From: Candidatus Falkowbacteria bacterium
GTDB taxonomy: Bacteria > Patescibacteriota > Patescibacteriia > UBA11705 > JABHMO01
Direction of reading: 5' to 3'
Assembly: GCA_018674305.1 (NCBI GenBank)
Contig: JABHAL010000010.1
Location: forward strand, 25,708-89,707
Length of the DNA stretch: 64,000 nucleotides
A program made the position numbers and the translations under genes. Under the pieces are notes generated by a model that saw nothing but the letters and a program-made list of their open reading frames with translations, had not been told where the DNA came from and did no database searches. Below are positions 9,158 through 18,843 of this stretch, in pieces (position 1 is the stretch's first letter; the number at the start of each line of letters is the position of its first letter).

Positions 9158-10750
9158 ATGAATATTCACAAACAACTAGTTTTGAAACTAGCTGGCTTGA
9201 AGGTAAAAAATTCTAATCGCCTAAACAAAGTCAAACGCCAGTTTGCCAACAAACACAAGATCGGCATGATAAGCAATGCCGAACTTTTGTATTTATATCG
9301 ACAAATGCTCAAGAAAAAAGCGCTACCTCACAATGAAGACCTAGAAAAATTATTACAAAAAAGAAAAATCCGCACATTGTCAGGTGTAGCCCCTGTTGCA
9401 GTTTTGACAAAACCATACCCCTGCCCAGGAAAATGTGCCTACTGTCCAGACGAAAAATTAATGCCCAAAAGCTACCTATCAAATGAACCGGCAGTTATGA
9501 GGGCAATTTTAACTAAGTTTGATCCGTTTACCCAAGTAAATGTACGAATTCGCGCACTAACTGACAATGGCCACCTGACCGATAAAATTGAATTAATCAT
9601 TATGGGTGGCACCTGGTCATACTTTCCTAAACAATATCAAAGTTGGTTTATAAAAAGATGTTTTGATGCTTGTAATGGAAAAACTGCCAAGAATATAGAA
9701 CAAGCTCACAAGTGGAACGAAAACGCCAAACATCGTATTGTTGCTCTAACTATAGAAACAAGACCTGATTATGTTTCCCAAAAAGAAATTGCCTACTGGC
9801 GAAAACTTGGAGCAACCAAAGTAGAACTTGGTGTACAATCGCTTAATGATAAAGTTTTGCATTTAAATAAAAGAGGTCACTATATCAAGGAAGTAGCTGA
9901 AGCTACAAAATTATTCAAAATGGCTGGTTTCAAAGTGGCCTACCACATGATGCCGAATTTGCCAGGCTCAACCACTGCTAAGGATTTAAAAGATTTTAAA
10001 ACTCTTTTCGGAGACGAAGGATTTCAGCCGGACTTGATTAAAATTTACCCAACGGTTGTAACAAAGAACTCCCTACTTTTTCGTTGGTGGAAACAAGGCA
10101 AATACAAACCTTATTCAGCAAAAAAATTATTCGATTTACTTATCAAAATAAAGTTGTTAGTACCAGCCTATGTAAGAATCATCCGTTTAATTAGAGACAT
10201 TCCACTTGAAAGCATTGAAGCTGGCAATCCTATTTCCAACCTAAGACAAGATCTACAAAAGGAGTTACATAAGCAAGGTAAATTCTGTAAATGTATTCGT
10301 TGTCGCGAAGCGCGTGAAGATTTACAAGGATTAGACAAAGCAAAGCTATCCAAAATTCACTACCAGGCACCTGATGCTGATGAATATTTTTATCAACTAA
10401 CAAATTATAATAAAAAGAAGTTATTTGCATTCCTTCGTTTAAGATTACCACACAAAGACGAGCAAAACTTTATTCCAGAACTTCAAGATTGTGCTATGAT
10501 TCGCGAAATTCACACTTACGGTCGTTTAACTCCCTTAGAAAAAGAAAAAAAGAAAAAGAACATTCAACATTCAGGACTTGGAACAAAACTAACACTGGAA
10601 GCTGAAGAGTTTGCTAAGAAAAAAGGCTTCGCTAAAATGGCCGTGATTTCTGGCGTAGGCGTACGCGGTTTTTACAAAAAACTTGGCTATAAGCAAGTTG
10701 GGACATATATGATTAAAGATTTAAGTTGTAAGACTAAAACAAAGAAATAA
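9158..10750 (+). CDS. elp3: tRNA U34 modification radical SAM/GNAT enzyme Elp3
   Basis: RTLSGVAPVAV, CPGKCAYCP, MPKSY, ETRPD, KIYPT, CKCIRCRE, REIHTYG, QHSGLG motifs. Confidence 0.92.
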   Translation: MNIHKQLVLKLAGLKVKNSNRLNKVKRQFANKHKIGMISNAELLYLYRQMLKKKALPHNEDLEKLLQKRKIRTLSGVAPVAVLTKPYPCPGKCAYCPDEKLMPKSYLSNEPAVMRAILTKFDPFTQVNVRIRALTDNGHLTDKIELIIMGGTWSYFPKQYQSWFIKRCFDACNGKTAKNIEQAHKWNENAKHRIVALTIETRPDYVSQKEIAYWRKLGATKVELGVQSLNDKVLHLNKRGHYIKEVAEATKLFKMAGFKVAYHMMPNLPGSTTAKDLKDFKTLFGDEGFQPDLIKIYPTVVTKNSLLFRWWKQGKYKPYSAKKLFDLLIKIKLLVPAYVRIIRLIRDIPLESIEAGNPISNLRQDLQKELHKQGKFCKCIRCREAREDLQGLDKAKLSKIHYQAPDADEYFYQLTNYNKKKLFAFLRLRLPHKDEQNFIPELQDCAMIREIHTYGRLTPLEKEKKKKNIQHSGLGTKLTLEAEEFAKKKGFAKMAVISGVGVRGFYKKLGYKQVGTYMIKDLSCKTKTKK

Positions 10751-10898
10751 AAACACCGAAACCCTTTCCTGAATTTAATCCACTCAAAATAAAGTACCTT
10801 CAATTAATATACATTAACCTCGACTAGTCTTGGCAAAAACACCAATTTAGTATAAAATAAACTTACTTAAATATCACAACTTTAACCTAAAATCTAAC

Positions 10899-12788
10899 AT
10901 GAAAGTATACTCAGGCTCAAAATATCCTAAACATAAAAGTTACTACAAAAAACCCTTTCTAAAAACAAGAGGCTTTTATTTTTTATTAATAGTAATTATC
11001 GCCGTAAGTAGTTTTATATACTTTTCTATCAAAAACACTTCCCCGGAAGATATTAACGACCAAAAATTTTCTGATCAAAATAATTTGCCTATCAACTCCG
11101 CAAAAGTACTGCTTGCTGACGGCAGCCTCGAAATCAAAGCCCCAAATGAAAACTGGCAAGCCATAGGTCCAGATTTTCAAATTGAAAGCCAAAGCTATAT
11201 CAAAACCGGCTCAGACTCAAAAGCGATCATTGAATTACCTGATAAAAGCTTAATTCGCATGAAGGCCGACACTCAAATCAAACTTGAAGAAATCGGGATG
11301 GCCGATATTATTATTGAGCAACTAAACGGAACCGCCTTTCATCGAGTTAATGATAGTTCCACTGCAATCTACCGCGTCAAAAACGGTTCATCTGAGCTGA
11401 CTGCCCTCGGAACAGCCTTTAATGTTTTTACAACTAGTCAATTAACTAAAGTCACTGTAACGGAAAGCAGAGTCAAGGCTAAAATATATGACAAAGATGA
11501 AAATATTATTAACATGAGAACAATTGATAGTGGCACCACGGCAACAATTAATCCTGATTTAGCTTTAGAAAAAATGATAGAAACTGAAGATGTTTCCAGC
11601 AATGACCTGATTGACGACAATTGGTACGCCTGGAACCTGGAACAAGACCAAAATTATAAATTTTTTACTGGCATCTTTGAACAAACTATAAAATTAGTTA
11701 TAACGAAACCTGAAAAAGCGGAAATGACCGTTGATAATGAGAAAATCACCATCGCTGGTGAAACAGAGCCTGGCGCTGACATCTTTATGTCTGGAAAAGA
11801 ACTGGATAACAACGATGGGCACTTTGAAACTGAATATTTATTAGGTTCAGGTGAAAACGAAATTGAAATTGTTGTCCAAAAAGGCAAAAACAAAAACAAG
11901 AGATTACTTTTAATAACCTCTACGAAAGAAAAATCTATTCTAACATTATCTGGCAAAACTGAAGATAACGCAGTTACTTTATCCTGGGAATCTGAGAACC
12001 TTGATGACTTCACAGATTTCATTGTCCTAAAAGGTGGGACCGAAGATCCAACATATCCAGATGCACCATATCATTCAGTCAAATCAACTCTTTTTTCAGA
12101 CACTTGGTCAAACTTAAGTGATGGTCACTATTTCTTCCGTATTTGTACCTTAAACAGTGAAAATGAGTGCTCTAATTATACAGATAATTATGAAACTTCT
12201 GTTGGTGAAAACAATGTTACCGAGGGGTCAATTGCTTTAGTTGCCACAAAAGAAGACGAAAATATAACGCTAAGTTGGAATTTAAGTAATGACTTGAACC
12301 CAACAGATGGGTTTAAAACCATTATCTCTCAAACTGAAGATCCTGTTTATCCAGGTAATTCCTATCATTCATTAAATAGTAATGAACGTAATGACACTTG
12401 GAAAAAACTTACTCCTGCAACATATTATTTTCGAGTTTGCCTACTCAAAGACAATGTCTGTATTTTGTACAGCAATAATGTAGCTATTGAACTCGAAGAA
12501 TTACAACAAACTGGTAAATTAACTTTAATTGGTGCACAAAATGGAAATAAAATCGACCTAGCCTGGGAAAACTCAGACACTCCAGTTACCAAAGGATTTA
12601 AAGTAATCATGGGTGAAAGTCCTGGAATCACTTTTCCAAGCAAAGACCACCATCTAATAACTTCCAATACCGCAACTAATGACTCCTGGGCAAACCTAGA
12701 AACAGGAAAAACTTACTACTTTCGTATTTGTCAAAACTTAGGTAGTAGTTGTGGCGTTTATAGTAATGAAGTAAAAATCAATTTTTAA
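10899..12788 (+). CDS. Membrane-anchored FecR-domain protein with Ig/FN3-like repeats
   Basis: N-terminal TM; IKTGSDSKAIIEL and TALGTAFNV FecR motifs; three C-terminal repeats with L.W...P.YP...YH...W..L....YYFR.C. Confidence 0.75.
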   Translation: MKVYSGSKYPKHKSYYKKPFLKTRGFYFLLIVIIAVSSFIYFSIKNTSPEDINDQKFSDQNNLPINSAKVLLADGSLEIKAPNENWQAIGPDFQIESQSYIKTGSDSKAIIELPDKSLIRMKADTQIKLEEIGMADIIIEQLNGTAFHRVNDSSTAIYRVKNGSSELTALGTAFNVFTTSQLTKVTVTESRVKAKIYDKDENIINMRTIDSGTTATINPDLALEKMIETEDVSSNDLIDDNWYAWNLEQDQNYKFFTGIFEQTIKLVITKPEKAEMTVDNEKITIAGETEPGADIFMSGKELDNNDGHFETEYLLGSGENEIEIVVQKGKNKNKRLLLITSTKEKSILTLSGKTEDNAVTLSWESENLDDFTDFIVLKGGTEDPTYPDAPYHSVKSTLFSDTWSNLSDGHYFFRICTLNSENECSNYTDNYETSVGENNVTEGSIALVATKEDENITLSWNLSNDLNPTDGFKTIISQTEDPVYPGNSYHSLNSNERNDTWKKLTPATYYFRVCLLKDNVCILYSNNVAIELEELQQTGKLTLIGAQNGNKIDLAWENSDTPVTKGFKVIMGESPGITFPSKDHHLITSNTATNDSWANLETGKTYYFRICQNLGSSCGVYSNEVKINF

Positions 12789-12790
12789 AA

Positions 12791-12920
12791 ATAACCAATT
12801 GACCAATTAACCAAACTCTAAACAAATACGAATATTCAAAATACAAATTATTTTAAATTTAAAGCTTTTGAGTTTTGAATTTTAATTAGGATTTGATAAA
12901 TTGATTAATTGATAATTAAC
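12791..12920. repeat. AT-rich imperfect palindromic element, copy 1 of 4
   Basis: CAATTGACCAATT...TTTGATAAATTGATTAATT ends; related copies at 15745-15895, 30511-30630, 53438-53570. Confidence 0.6.
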
Positions 12921-12925
12921 TTAGT

Positions 12926-14176
12926 ATGCTTACTCACCTATCAAAACAAGATCCTCAAATTGCTGAGGCCATAGAAAAAGAGCTCAAACGACAACAAGAA
13001 GTAATTGAGCTCATTCCTTCAGAAAATTTTGTTTCAGTATCAGTTCTTGAAGCGCTGGGTAGTGTCCTGACTAACAAATATTCAGAAGGTTATCCAGGTA
13101 ATCGTTATTATGGTGGAACCGAAAACGTAGATATTACCGAACAACTGGCGATTGACCGAGCGAAACAACTATTTCAAGCTGAGCATGCTAATGTTCAACC
13201 ATTATCTGGTGCGCCAGCTAATATTGCAGCTTATTTTGCTTTGCTTAAACCAGGCGACACAATTTTGGGGATGGACCTATCACATGGTGGTCATTTAACC
13301 CATGGACATCCAGTTACTTCCATGTCAAAAATATTCAATTTCATAAGATACAAAACTGACAAAGAAACCGGATTGATTGATTATGATAATTTACTAGAGA
13401 TGGCCAAAGAACATCAGCCTAAATTAATTTTAGTTGGCTACTCAGCATATTCCAGAGAGATTGATTACCAAAAAGTTCAACAAATCGCTGATGAAGTTGG
13501 AGCCTTAACCATGGCTGACATTGCGCACATAGCGGGCTTAATTGCAGCTGGGGTAATGAACAATCCTGTACCAATCTTTGATATTGTTACAACTACAACT
13601 CACAAAACTTTAAGAGGCCCTCGCGGAGGCATGATCCTATGCAAAGAAAAATGGGCCGGAAAAGTTGACAAGGCCGTTTTCCCTGGATTGCAAGGTGGCC
13701 CACATGAACATAATATTGCAGGAAAAGCCGTTGCTTTTGGTGAAGCTCTAAAACCTGAGTTTAAAGTTTACGCAGCTCAAATCCTAAAGAATGCCAAAGC
13801 TCTAGAAAACAAACTAAAGGAACATGATTACAAAATAATGTTTGGTACAACCGAAAATCATTTATTATTAATTGATGTTTCAAACAAAAACTTATCTGGC
13901 AAACAGGCTCAAGAACTATTGGATTCAGTTGGCATCACTTGTAATAAAAACATGATCCCCGATGACCCAAGAAGCCCGATGGATCCATCTGGCATCAGGC
14001 TAGGAACCCCAGCCATGACCTCTCGTGGCTTTACTGAACAAGACTTTGAATTAGTTGGTGAACTCATTGCCAAAACTTTAGCTAACCCAGAGGATCAGCA
14101 GGTTCATTCTGAAGTTAAACAACAGATTCAGCAGTTGACCACGAAATACCCGCTCTATCCAGAATTAAATAACTAA
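12926..14176 (+). CDS. glyA: Serine hydroxymethyltransferase
   Basis: LIPSENF, NKYSEGYPGNRYYGG, TTTTHKTLRGPRGG, SGIRLGTPA. Confidence 0.97.
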   Translation: MLTHLSKQDPQIAEAIEKELKRQQEVIELIPSENFVSVSVLEALGSVLTNKYSEGYPGNRYYGGTENVDITEQLAIDRAKQLFQAEHANVQPLSGAPANIAAYFALLKPGDTILGMDLSHGGHLTHGHPVTSMSKIFNFIRYKTDKETGLIDYDNLLEMAKEHQPKLILVGYSAYSREIDYQKVQQIADEVGALTMADIAHIAGLIAAGVMNNPVPIFDIVTTTTHKTLRGPRGGMILCKEKWAGKVDKAVFPGLQGGPHEHNIAGKAVAFGEALKPEFKVYAAQILKNAKALENKLKEHDYKIMFGTTENHLLLIDVSNKNLSGKQAQELLDSVGITCNKNMIPDDPRSPMDPSGIRLGTPAMTSRGFTEQDFELVGELIAKTLANPEDQQVHSEVKQQIQQLTTKYPLYPELNN

Positions 14177-14236
14177 TTATATACTAATACTAACAAAAAG
14201 TATTAATCATATGATCAAATTATATTCAAATCAACT

Positions 14237-15061
14237 ATGATAGAAAAAATAATAGATGGTAATGATCTAAGCGAAAAATTTATCCAAAAAATTAAAAAGC
14301 AAGTTCGAGAAATGGAAGAAAAACCAAGCTTGGCTGCTATTTTAGTTGGAGATGATCCAAGCTCAAACTTATATGTTAAATTAAAAAAACGAGCTTGTGA
14401 CGAATGCGAAATTGACTTTCATGGTTATACCATCGAAAAAGATTTCTCCGAAGAAGAACTCATCAAAACCATCCACTTTTTAAATTCTGATCCCAGTACT
14501 GACGGGATTTTAGTTCAATTACCTTTACCCCCCCAATATAATACTGACAAAGTTATTGCTGAACTTGATTTCCGGAAGGACATTGACGGTTTTCATCCGA
14601 CTAACCGAGAAAACATGCAGAAATGTGTCTACAAATTAATGCCTCCGCTACCCGGAGCAATTATCGAAATGATCAAATCTACTGGTGAAGTTATTGAGAA
14701 TAAACAAATTTGTGTTCTTTGCAACACCCCAATGTTTGCTGATCCATTTAAATGTGTTTGGCAAGCCAAAAATACAATTGAAGTAATAACGACTAAAGAT
14801 AATTGGTCTGAAGCCACAAAAAAAGCGGACATATTAATAGTCGCTGTAGGAAATCCTAATTTAATTACTAAAGACTCAATAAAACAAGATGCTATCATTA
14901 TTGATGTGGGAATAAACAAAGTTGGCAAACAAATTATAGGTGATGTAGATCTTGATGATGTAATTGAAAAAGTAAAATATATTTCTCCAGTTCCTCGTGG
15001 CGTAGGTCCCATGACCATTGCCATGTTGCTAAAAAACCTTGTTGAACTGAAAACTTTTTAA
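14237..15061 (+). CDS. folD: Bifunctional methylenetetrahydrofolate dehydrogenase/cyclohydrolase
   Basis: LAAILVGDDPSS, GILVQLPLP, KDIDG, IDVGIN, SPVPRGVGPMT. Confidence 0.93.
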   Translation: MIEKIIDGNDLSEKFIQKIKKQVREMEEKPSLAAILVGDDPSSNLYVKLKKRACDECEIDFHGYTIEKDFSEEELIKTIHFLNSDPSTDGILVQLPLPPQYNTDKVIAELDFRKDIDGFHPTNRENMQKCVYKLMPPLPGAIIEMIKSTGEVIENKQICVLCNTPMFADPFKCVWQAKNTIEVITTKDNWSEATKKADILIVAVGNPNLITKDSIKQDAIIIDVGINKVGKQIIGDVDLDDVIEKVKYISPVPRGVGPMTIAMLLKNLVELKTF

Positions 15062-15612
15062 AAAAATTTAGGGCCTGCTCCTTAGAGTCAGGCCCAATAT
15101 TATAACAAGTATTAAACGAACTAGCCCGGTGGCTCTTCAGTCTGCTGCAGAGTCTGCATGCGAACGGCCTCCTTCAAGCTTAACAATTTACAGGGAGGGT
15201 TAAACCGCCCGAATCGAATCACTATTGTTCGATCCTGACTACCTCGACGTTTACGCGATTTTACGCGAAAAGTCTCGATTTTCCAGGTTTTCCAGCCAAG
15301 CTGTTCAGTTAACTGCTCGATGTGTACGTTCACGAGACAAATCCAGGTGGTCGACTTACAAAGTTTCAACATTTCAATTTAATTGCGACCTTTCAAAAAA
15401 CGTACACTATGAGCTCACATCAGCAATCGCCAGTCATTCGTGGTCCCTCCGTTTTTTATTATCAAATTAGCTCTAAAGAACGTCGGACATTTTTCCCCCT
15501 CCGAACTGGGTGCCACGAGCTAGAGGAATCTCTGCTCGCCAACTACGCATGGTGGCATCACCCCCACCTCGGGCTTCACGCTGAATAACTCAAAGGCTCT
15601 CAGCATGAACGT
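15061..15612 (-). ncRNA. Candidate ~550-nt non-coding or multi-sORF transcript
   Basis: TTGACA-17-TATAAT with TG extension at 15647-15619; terminator GGGCCTG/CAGGCCC at 15071-15095 plus T-rich tail; only tiny SD-led ORFs and one weak 83-aa ORF. Confidence 0.4.
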
Positions 15613-15907
15613 AACTGCATTATAGCATATACTTAACAACTTGTCAATAGCCAGATTAACTGCAAGCTAATTTTACACAAAATACTTATCCAGAGTCTAT
15701 TCACTTGTGCTTATTACAATACTCTAATAAGATGTAGATAGATAATGATCAATTGACCAATTTGCCAAATCCTAAACAATGTCAAAACTCAAAATGATAA
15801 AATACGAATTTCACTTTTGAATTTGTATTTCTATATTCCTCAACCGACCAACAATTCAACAGTAATTTAGATTTTGATCAATTGATTAATTATAATTTTC
15901 AATAAAT

Positions 15908-17299
15908 ATGTCCGATCAATTACCTAGCAAAATCCCACCACAAAACCTAGAAGCTGAGCAATCTTTGCTAGGCTCTCTTTTGTTAGATAAACATGCATTA
16001 GACAAAATTGCGGACATTATAGACCCTGATGATTTTTACAAAGAGGCCCACCGCTACATTTATGAAGGCATGGTAGATATATACTCAAGACAAGAACCAA
16101 TTGACTTGTTAACCATAACTAACCTTTTAGAAGAACGAAATCATTTAAAAAAAGTTGGGGGGCGCAGTTATCTGGCGAACCTAGCTAATATTGTGCCTAC
16201 GGCCAGTCATGTTATACAATACGCTCACATTATCAAGAAAAAAGCTACTTTGCGACGATTACAACGTGTGGCAACTGAAATTGTGGGCTTATCCAGCAAT
16301 GAAGATGAGGACATTGATAAATTACTAGACCTATCCGAACAAAAACTGTTTACTGTCTCACAACGTTTTTTGAAACAAAGTTTTACTCCAATTAGCAACA
16401 TTCTGGGCGACACTTTTGACAGGATTGATGATATGCACAAAAACTCTGGTCAAATGCGTGGCTTGGCCAGTGGATTTACTGAACTAGATACTCTTCTAGC
16501 AGGATTCCAAAAATCAGACTTAATTGTTTTAGCGGCCCGGCCATCTGTAGGAAAAACTTCCATAGCATTAGACATGGTTCGAGAAATTGGTATTCGAGGA
16601 AAGGTACCAGTTGGTATTTTCAGCTTGGAAATGTCCAAGGAGCAAGTGGTTGACCGCCTGCTCTGCGCTGAATCAAACGTTGATTTATGGAAACTAAGAA
16701 CCGGTCGCCTATCTGACCGTGAAGATGATGATGATTTTCCTAGATTGGGTCATGCCATGGGATTATTATCTGAATCTCCAATTTTCATTGATGATTCAGC
16801 CACCTTAAATGTAATGGAGATCCGAACCAAAGCACGACGATTAAAATCTGAACATAATTTAGGAATGATAGTAATTGATTATCTTCAGTTGATGGAAGCG
16901 CGCGCCAACTCTGAAAGTCGCGTACAGGCTGTAGCAGAAATCACTCGCGCACTTAAAGGAATTGCTCGTGAATTAGATATTCCGGTGTTAGCATTATCTC
17001 AGTTATCCCGTGCGGTAGAAATGAACAAGCCAGCGATTCCAAAATTAGCGAACTTGCGTGAATCTGGTTCAATTGAGCAGGATGCTGATGTTGTACTCTT
17101 CATTTACCGTAAAGCTTCAGATAGAAATTACCGAGATGAAGAATTGACGGCGCAGGAAAAACATATTGCTGAAGTTCACATTGCCAAACATAGAAACGGG
17201 CCTACTGGCCTAGTAAAACTCTTTTTTGACGGACCTAAGGCCAGTTTTCGTAACCTTGATAAACGATTTTCACAACATGAATCCAGCTTTGATGAATAA
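15908..17299 (+). CDS. dnaB: Replicative DNA helicase
   Basis: PPQNLEAEQ, AARPSVGKT, IDYLQLM, LSQLSR, LRESGSIEQDAD, KHRNGPTG. Confidence 0.97.
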   Translation: MSDQLPSKIPPQNLEAEQSLLGSLLLDKHALDKIADIIDPDDFYKEAHRYIYEGMVDIYSRQEPIDLLTITNLLEERNHLKKVGGRSYLANLANIVPTASHVIQYAHIIKKKATLRRLQRVATEIVGLSSNEDEDIDKLLDLSEQKLFTVSQRFLKQSFTPISNILGDTFDRIDDMHKNSGQMRGLASGFTELDTLLAGFQKSDLIVLAARPSVGKTSIALDMVREIGIRGKVPVGIFSLEMSKEQVVDRLLCAESNVDLWKLRTGRLSDREDDDDFPRLGHAMGLLSESPIFIDDSATLNVMEIRTKARRLKSEHNLGMIVIDYLQLMEARANSESRVQAVAEITRALKGIARELDIPVLALSQLSRAVEMNKPAIPKLANLRESGSIEQDADVVLFIYRKASDRNYRDEELTAQEKHIAEVHIAKHRNGPTGLVKLFFDGPKASFRNLDKRFSQHESSFDE

Positions 17300-17321
17300 T
17301 TTATTATAAAGTATTATTTTT

Positions 17322-17588
17322 ATGTTCGACAAACTAAAAATGCTAAAACAAGCAAAAGACTTACAATCCAAAATGGCCAGCATGAACTTTGATCATGAAG
17401 AAAACGGAATTAAGCTTTCAGTGAATGGCAAACAAGAAGTAATTTCTCTTGAAATTACTAATGATGAATTACTCGAAGATAAAGAAAAATTAGAAAGACT
17501 CTTGAAACAAACTGTAAATAATGCAATCCAAAATTCTCAACGCCAGGCAGCCATGAGCATGCAAGGTGAACTCGGTGGACTGTTTTAA
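17322..17588 (+). CDS. YbaB/EbfC nucleoid-associated protein
   Basis: 88 aa, AKDLQSKM...IKLSVNGKQEV pattern, directly upstream of recR. Confidence 0.8.
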   Translation: MFDKLKMLKQAKDLQSKMASMNFDHEENGIKLSVNGKQEVISLEITNDELLEDKEKLERLLKQTVNNAIQNSQRQAAMSMQGELGGLF

Positions 17589-17640
17589 TTTTACCAGAAA
17601 TGAGGCCTGCACAGTGTACAGGCCCTACCCACCTCGTTTT

Positions 17641-18243
17641 ATGCGTTATCCTGAAACTATCAACAACCTAATCGAATCCTTTTCTCGCCTACCGGGAATT
17701 GGACGCAAAACTGCTGAGCGGTTTGTTTTTTATTTACTAAAGAGACCTGGTGCTGAAATTGAAAAATTTGCCAAAAACCTGTATGAACTGCAAAAACACA
17801 ACTTTACTTGTCCAGATTGTTTTAATTTTTCCGAAAACCAAGGATTATGTTCAATTTGTTCTGATTCAACCAGAAACCAAAATACAATTTGTGTAATTGA
17901 AGAATTCCATGATCTAAATGTTATTGAAGCTACAGGTGAATATAAGGGACTATATCACGTACTTGGTGGCAAAATAGACCCCCCTGAAGGCATCACTCCG
18001 GACAAACTAAAAATAAAGGAGTTATTGAGGAGAATACAACAAAACAATATTCAAGAAATTATTCTAGCCTTGAATCCAGACATTCAGGGTGAAGGAACTA
18101 TTATTTACTTAAAAAACATTCTTAAACCTCTAAACATAAAATTAACTCTACTCGCACGAGGACTTCCAATGGGATCTGACATTGAATATGCGGATGAAAT
18201 TACATTGAGTAATGCTCTGAAAGGGCGACAAGAATTAAAATAA
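17641..18243 (+). CDS. recR: Recombination mediator RecR
   Basis: LPGIGRKTAER, C4 zinc finger, YHVLGG, LARGLPMGSDIEYADE; start placed at ATG 17641. Confidence 0.95.
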   Translation: MRYPETINNLIESFSRLPGIGRKTAERFVFYLLKRPGAEIEKFAKNLYELQKHNFTCPDCFNFSENQGLCSICSDSTRNQNTICVIEEFHDLNVIEATGEYKGLYHVLGGKIDPPEGITPDKLKIKELLRRIQQNNIQEIILALNPDIQGEGTIIYLKNILKPLNIKLTLLARGLPMGSDIEYADEITLSNALKGRQELK

Positions 18244-18277
18244 ACAGTTTATAATCAACACTTTCAGCTTAGCATTC

Positions 18278-18400
18278 CACGGGGTCTGGGGCGGAGTTCG
18301 CCCTCGCACTTCCCACGAACAAAAATTGTCCCCACGCGAATTCGAAGCTCCAGCGTTTTTTGGTTACTTTTTGACGCCAAAAAGTAACTCACCGAAGGAC
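18278..18400. repeat. GC-rich palindromic intergenic element
   Basis: GGGGTCTGGGGCGGAG...; hairpin GTTACTTTTTG-ACGC-CAAAAAGTAAC. Confidence 0.45.
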
Positions 18401-18425
18401 AACTCCTGGCATGATTATTAAAAAT

Positions 18426-18452
18426 AAAAAACAGGCCTTATGGCCTGTTTTT
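18426..18452. terminator. Bidirectional intrinsic terminator between recR and rplU
   Basis: AAAAACAGGCC-TTAT-GGCCTGTTTTT. Confidence 0.8.
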
Positions 18453-18462
18453 ATATTGTAAA

Positions 18463-18777
18463 TTAAACTTTGTTGATCTTAACTTTTGTAAAATGTTGCC
18501 TGTGTCCAGCTTTTCGTCTATACCTTGTCTTTCTTTTATATTTTACAACTATCACTTTTTTATCACGAGCTTGTTCTAATATTTCAGCTTCAACCTTGGC
18601 ATCCTTAAGAAAAGGTTTACCAATTTCTAGCTTTGAACCTTTGTCGTCTGATTTTAGTAAAACTTGGTCAAACTCAATTTTATCACCAACTTCACCTGGT
18701 AATTTCTCAAATTTCATTAATTGTCCTTTGGTAACTTTGTACTGCTTACCACCAGTTTTTATCACTGCTAAACTCAT
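18463..18777 (-). CDS. rplU: 50S ribosomal protein L21
   Basis: AVIKTGGKQYKV and GHRQHFTKVKI. Confidence 0.97.
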   Translation of the reverse strand: MSLAVIKTGGKQYKVTKGQLMKFEKLPGEVGDKIEFDQVLLKSDDKGSKLEIGKPFLKDAKVEAEILEQARDKKVIVVKYKRKTRYRRKAGHRQHFTKVKINKV

Positions 18778-18843
18778 ATTATTGAAGAAAACAAACGGGA
18801 ATGTTCTCTTGTAATTTTAGATGTTAACTAACCATAGGATACA

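Noticed and set aside
15225-15588. Plus-strand ORFs of 81 and 88 aa
   Set aside because: No recognisable motifs; promoter and terminator point to the minus strand
15660-15900. Replication origin upstream of dnaB
   Set aside because: Only degenerate DnaA boxes, no dnaA/dnaN nearby, and most genes stay on the minus strand on both sides
17566-17640. N-terminal extension of RecR in the ORF track
   Set aside because: Overlaps ybaB and spans a hairpin; homology starts at ATG 17641
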